Shown here piece after piece: positions 63,463 through 64,000 of a stretch of DNA of 64,000 nucleotides (its first letter is position 1; every line of letters starts with the position of its first letter). The notes under the pieces were generated by a model, which saw nothing but the letters and a program-made list of their open reading frames with translations, made no database searches and was not told the DNA's origin. This DNA is from Roseomonas sp. Lineage in GTDB: Bacteria > Pseudomonadota > Alphaproteobacteria > Acetobacterales > Acetobacteraceae. The stretch lies in the NCBI GenBank assembly GCA_028288745.1, contig JAQGHX010000108.1:9564-73563 (forward strand). Direction: 5' to 3'. Both the position numbers and the translations under genes were made by a program.

Positions 63463-64000
63463 TCAGAAGACCCAGTCGAGGCTGCGGCGCAGGAAGCCCG
63501 GCCGGTCGCCCGGGGCCGGTGGGGCGCCATCCACCAGCAATGCGTAGGAATCCTGGTACCAGGCGCTGCCCGGGTAGTTGTGGCCCAGCACGCTGGCGGT
63601 CTTGCGCGCTTCCTCGGTCAGGCCGAGCGAGGTGTAGATCTCGGTCAGGCGGTGCAACGCCTCGGGCACATGGTTGGTGGTCTGGTATTCATCGACCACG
63701 CGGCGGAAGCGGCCGATGGCGGCCGAGAGCAGCCCACGATCCTGGTAGAAGCGGCCGATGCTCATCTCGCGCCCGGCGAGGTGGTCGCGCGCCAGGTCGA
63801 TCTTGAGCGAGGCATCGCGCGCATAGGAACTGCCGGGGAAGCGGTTCACCACTTCCTGCAACTGCGCCAGCGCCAGCTCGGTCCCCTTCTGGTCGCGGTC
63901 CGAGTCGACAATCTGCTCGTAGTAGCAGAGCGCGCGCAGGTAATAGGCGTAGGCGATGTCGCGATGGCCGGGGTGAAGCTGGATGAAGCGGTTCAGGCCC
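63463..64000 (-). CDS. bamD: Outer membrane protein assembly factor BamD, 5'-truncated by window edge
   Basis: RFIQLHPG, YYEQI.D..RDQ, RFPGSSYA.DA, HLAGREM.IGRFY, HVPEALHRL; bamD-recN-ligA order. Confidence 0.9.
   Translation of the reverse strand, partial: GLNRFIQLHPGHRDIAYAYYLRALCYYEQIVDSDRDQKGTELALAQLQEVVNRFPGSSYARDASLKIDLARDHLAGREMSIGRFYQDRGLLSAAIGRFRRVVDEYQTTNHVPEALHRLTEIYTSLGLTEEARKTASVLGHNYPGSAWYQDSYALLVDGAPPAPGDRPGFLRRSLDWVF

Overview
GC-rich alphaproteobacterial chromosome segment; gene order and content suggest Acetobacteraceae/Roseomonas-like (inference). It is mostly housekeeping: potFGHI, an IclR-hydantoinase-peptide ABC operon, tandem aspartate aminotransferases, lrp/trxB/lysR, ilvA-greA-carB-SDR-carA, yqeY-dnaG-rpoD, ppa, tRNA(CAT), ettA, a second polyamine-type ABC operon ending in a PAS-GGDEF-EAL gene, mlaC/mlaA, metF-uvrD-prmA, pepP, ligA, recN and partial bamD. 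I saw no prophage, CRISPR array or transposase. The most striking signal is carA, which carries an in-frame N-terminal phage-Cro-like helix-turn-helix domain. It is preceded by two TGGGAA-N5-TTCCCA palindromes, one of which exactly fills the 17-bp spacer of an apparently leaderless sigma70 promoter, and an internal SD+ATG could yield HTH-less CarA. This is a candidate enzyme-repressor autoregulatory switch, back-to-back with the dnaG-rpoD operon. Other notable items are two unannotated C-rich-loop sRNA candidates, a 21-bp hairpin burying the RBS of the c-di-GMP gene, an orphan NepR-like gene with EcfG-type promoters nearby, stacked miniature repeats, a tRNA clamped by flanking inverted repeats, and a MetX-like protein with its catalytic His apparently replaced. 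All family assignments come from motif recognition by eye, not from database searches.
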